Notes under the pieces: model-generated
What the model was told of the DNA's origin: nothing
Databases searched by the model: none
What the model saw: only the letters and a program-made list of their open reading frames with translations
Position numbers and translations under genes: made by a program
DNA from: a virus
Taxonomy: Duplodnaviria > Heunggongvirae > Uroviricota > Caudoviricetes
Reading direction: 5' to 3' (one strand)
IMG/VR virus record: IMGVR_UViG_2541047846_000008
Location: 1 to 40,632 of that record
DNA: 40,632 nt
In this document: positions 37,987 through 40,632 of the stretch, piece after piece
How positions within the stretch are numbered: the stretch's first letter is position 1
Layout of the letters: every line of letters begins with the position of its first letter

Positions 37987-38030
37987 CTGTGTTTGTATAC
38001 AGTATTATTTTTAACTGTATAGATAAACAG
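37987..38030. promoter_or_regulatory. Two tandem LexA (SOS) boxes upstream of the dinI-like gene
   Basis: taCTGTgtttgtatACAGta (37987..38002) and aaCTGTatagataaACAGtg (38015..38030); both CTGT-N8-ACAG. Confidence 0.65.
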
Positions 38031-38032
38031 TG

Positions 38033-39130
38033 TCAAGAGGCCTTATTTCTGCTCCTTTGGAGCTCTTCAAAACGATTATGTAAAGATTTCGGATACAGTT
38101 CGGTATATACCTGCCATAGCACGTTTAATGAACGATGCCCTGTAACCTGGGCGACTTCCTCAATACTAAAACCAGCCTCAAATAAGCGACTTGCCCCTTC
38201 TCTACGCAAATCATGGTATCGCAGATCTTTAATACCTAATTTGCTTCTTACCCTCTGGAATCCCGCAGTAACAGAAGTGCTGTTATATGGAAAAATGAAT
38301 TCTGATTTTTTGGGTTGTCGTTGGACGATATCCCAGGCTTCCCCAAGCAAGGCTACTTTCATATGGTTGCCTTCCTTTTTACGTGGATCTTTCCTGTCTC
38401 TTACGAGTATGGATTTTTGTTCCTGATCGAGATCCTCCCATCGTAATCGGCATACTTCACCGATTCGCATACATGACCACACAGAAAATTTGAGGATATC
38501 AACGAACGGAATTTTTGAGCATTTATGTGTAGATCGTTGTTGAAGACCTTCAATGAGCATGTCCAGTTCATCAGATGCCGGTCTACGATTACGACGATTT
38601 GATTTACCAATTAAACCAAGTTTAAGTAGATATGGACGAGCGGCTTTTGCTGGGTTTGATGTGTAATTAATTCCATATACAGGTTTGGCAGCATCCAGAA
38701 CACTGCCAAGATAACTAACATCGTGGCTAACTGTAGCTGGACCTGCACCAGCGTTGTTTCTTAGCCTGCAATGTTCAATTACGTCATTTTCTGTCAGTTC
38801 AGATAGTTTGAGCGCGGAGACGTCACTATCCATAAGCAGTTCCAGCACATATCTTTTAGTACGGCCTGCTTTACCTCCGGCATTTGGGTCATTTAAATAT
38901 TTGTGTAGTAAGTCACGGACTGTAAGTCCGTCAACTGCATTTGATGATGGAATGCCATATAGATCTAATTCCATCACTTTCTGTGTGCCCCATGTTTTGG
39001 CATGAGCATGTTTAGGGAATGTTTTACTTTCCCTGTAAGTGATAACACCTTTTTCTTTGATAATCACATTACAGCGATAGCGTGGTGTGCCATCGGATTT
39101 TAGTCGTTTCTCTATGTTATAGTATGCCAT
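38033..39130 (-). CDS. int: Tyrosine integrase (DusA-targeting type)
   Basis: 365 aa; C-terminal catalytic region with RxxR ... HDLRR ... Y pattern; adjacent to dusA. Confidence 0.9.
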   Translation of the reverse strand: MAYYNIEKRLKSDGTPRYRCNVIIKEKGVITYRESKTFPKHAHAKTWGTQKVMELDLYGIPSSNAVDGLTVRDLLHKYLNDPNAGGKAGRTKRYVLELLMDSDVSALKLSELTENDVIEHCRLRNNAGAGPATVSHDVSYLGSVLDAAKPVYGINYTSNPAKAARPYLLKLGLIGKSNRRNRRPASDELDMLIEGLQQRSTHKCSKIPFVDILKFSVWSCMRIGEVCRLRWEDLDQEQKSILVRDRKDPRKKEGNHMKVALLGEAWDIVQRQPKKSEFIFPYNSTSVTAGFQRVRSKLGIKDLRYHDLRREGASRLFEAGFSIEEVAQVTGHRSLNVLWQVYTELYPKSLHNRFEELQRSRNKAS

Positions 39131-39218
39131 TACACGACCTCGTTATTTCGGGTTCCCATAAAACGTGGGAACCTGTGCGGGAACCTAACGCGAGAAAAAT
39201 AGCCTGAAATGTTCAAAA

Positions 39219-40256
39219 ATGCACGATAATCATGAAGCACAAAAAATTAATCAAACCAGCGTGATGCCTGAAAAAACTGGTGTTTACTGGAATTCTCGGT
39301 TTAGCATTGCTCCTATGCTTGACTGGACGGACAGACATTGCCGTTATTTCCTGCGTCTGCTTTCCCGCAATACGTTGCTGTATACCGAAATGGTGACCAC
39401 AGGGGCGATTATTCACGGTAAAGGTGATTACCTGGCGTACAGTGAAGAAGAACATCCGGTAGCGTTGCAACTCGGGGGTAGCGATCCGGCGGCGCTGGCA
39501 CAGTGTGCGAAGCTGGCAGAAGCGCGCGGATATGATGAGATCAACCTGAATGTCGGCTGCCCGTCTGACCGGGTGCAGAACGGCATGTTTGGTGCGTGTC
39601 TGATGGGTAATGCGCAGCTGGTTGCCGACTGCGTGAAAGCGATGCGCGATGTGGTGTCGATTCCGGTGACGGTGAAAACGCGTATTGGCATCGATGATCA
39701 GGACAGCTATGAATTTCTCTGCGATTTCATCAACACCGTTTCCGGCAAAGGTGAGTGTGAGATGTTCATCATCCACGCACGTAAAGCCTGGCTTTCTGGG
39801 TTAAGTCCGAAAGAAAACCGTGAGATCCCGCCGCTCGATTATCCGCGTGTGTATCAACTGAAGCGTGACTTTCCGCATCTGACGATGTCGATTAACGGTG
39901 GTATCAAGTCGCTGGAAGAAGCTAAAGCGCATTTGCAACATATGGATGGCGTGATGGTCGGGCGCGAGGCGTATCAGAATCCGGGGATTCTGGCGGCGGT
40001 AGACCGAGAGATTTTTGGTTCCTCGGATACCGATGCCGATCCGGTGGCGGTAGTGCGCGCCATGTATCCGTACATTGAGCGTGAACTCAGCCAGGGTACG
40101 TATCTCGGCCATATTACCCGGCATATGCTGGGCTTGTTCCAGGGTATTCCTGGCGCGCGGCAGTGGCGGCGTTATTTAAGTGAAAATGCCCATAAAGCGG
40201 GTGCAGACATTAATGTGCTGGAACACGCGCTCAAACTGGTGGCGGATAAGCGTTAA
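39219..40256 (+). CDS. dusA: tRNA-dihydrouridine synthase A
   Basis: 345 aa; conserved Dus motifs; followed by pspG as in E. coli. Confidence 0.9.
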   Translation: MHDNHEAQKINQTSVMPEKTGVYWNSRFSIAPMLDWTDRHCRYFLRLLSRNTLLYTEMVTTGAIIHGKGDYLAYSEEEHPVALQLGGSDPAALAQCAKLAEARGYDEINLNVGCPSDRVQNGMFGACLMGNAQLVADCVKAMRDVVSIPVTVKTRIGIDDQDSYEFLCDFINTVSGKGECEMFIIHARKAWLSGLSPKENREIPPLDYPRVYQLKRDFPHLTMSINGGIKSLEEAKAHLQHMDGVMVGREAYQNPGILAAVDREIFGSSDTDADPVAVVRAMYPYIERELSQGTYLGHITRHMLGLFQGIPGARQWRRYLSENAHKAGADINVLEHALKLVADKR

Positions 40257-40389
40257 CTTTTCACCAAAAAGTAGTCAAATTCACCACGCCCTGCGCACCG
40301 TCGCGGGGTGTTTTGCTGTTAAATCAACAGATTATTTTTGGCATGATTCTTGTAATGCCAGCAAGAGATTTCATATTTGGGAGAGCATC

Positions 40390-40632
40390 ATGCTGGAACT
40401 ACTTTTTGTAATTGGCTTTTTTGTCATGCTGATGGTCACCGGTGTTTCGTTGCTGGGTATTATCGCCGCGCTGATTGTGGCGACGGCCTTTATGTTCCTC
40501 GGCGGTATGCTGGCATTGATGATTAAGTTGCTGCCGTGGCTGCTGTTGGCGGTTGCGGTGGTGTGGGTGATCAGGGCAATTAAAGCACCAAAAGTGCCGA
40601 AATATCAGCGTTATGACCGCTGGCGTTACTAA
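40390..40632 (+). CDS. pspG: Phage shock protein G
   Basis: 80-aa highly hydrophobic protein ending KVPKYQRYDRWRY; internal ATG of track ORF 40180..40632. Confidence 0.8.
   Translation: MLELLFVIGFFVMLMVTGVSLLGIIAALIVATAFMFLGGMLALMIKLLPWLLLAVAVVWVIRAIKAPKVPKYQRYDRWRY

Larger units (their letters stand above)
1..39218. mobile_element. Integrated temperate prophage (HK97-type head, Mu-like contractile tail, lambdoid regulation) inserted at dusA; left boundary unresolved
   Basis: Contiguous phage modules (immunity, replication, lysis, packaging, head, tail, invertase, integrase) ending at an integrase abutting host dusA. Confidence 0.7.

Noticed and set aside
40180-40389. Upstream part of track ORF 40180..40632
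   Set aside because: Only the C-terminal 80 codons from the internal ATG at 40390 have the hydrophobic pspG-like composition; the upstream part is intergenic.

Overview
Almost the whole window is one integrated temperate phage (a prophage of roughly 39 kb or more) in an enterobacterial chromosome. Its tyrosine integrase (38033..39130, minus strand) sits directly against the 5' end of host dusA (39219..40256), followed by host pspG, which is the arrangement of DusA-targeting integrases. The left prophage boundary is not resolved and may lie at or beyond the window start. All calls are from reading the sequence and ORF track, with no database search. Layout, left to right: (1) an AT-rich two-ORF cargo block ending in a bidirectional terminator; (2) a leftward early operon with an excisionase-like protein, a DnaQ-like exonuclease and a YfdP/Q/R/S-like block resembling CPS-53; (3) a ~0.9 kb leader with no credible ORF; (4) an AT-rich ParA/MinD-like ATPase directly downstream of the CI-like repressor, which I rate the best candidate for an undescribed lysogen-expressed accessory or defence function; (5) a divergent cI/cro switch with repeated operators; (6) a replication gene with an in-frame 15-bp iteron array, then Dam methyltransferase, a LexA-DNA-binding-domain-only protein, RusA, KilA-N, DUF968 and a Q-like antiterminator; (7) a late promoter and tR'-like terminator, then holin, GH19 endolysin and nested Rz/Rz1; (8) an AT-rich membrane-anchored moron; (9) HNH endonuclease, terminase small and large subunits, and HK97-type portal, protease and capsid; (10) a Mu-like contractile tail with a -1 frameshift in the tail chaperone, tape measure, an AT-rich secreted-protein moron with its own promoter-like and terminator-like signals, and baseplate genes; (11) a Pin-invertible tail-fibre segment; (12) a DinI-like gene behind two LexA boxes. 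No CRISPR array, tRNA or rRNA was seen. Coordinates of features not in the ORF track are hand-derived and may be off by a few bases.
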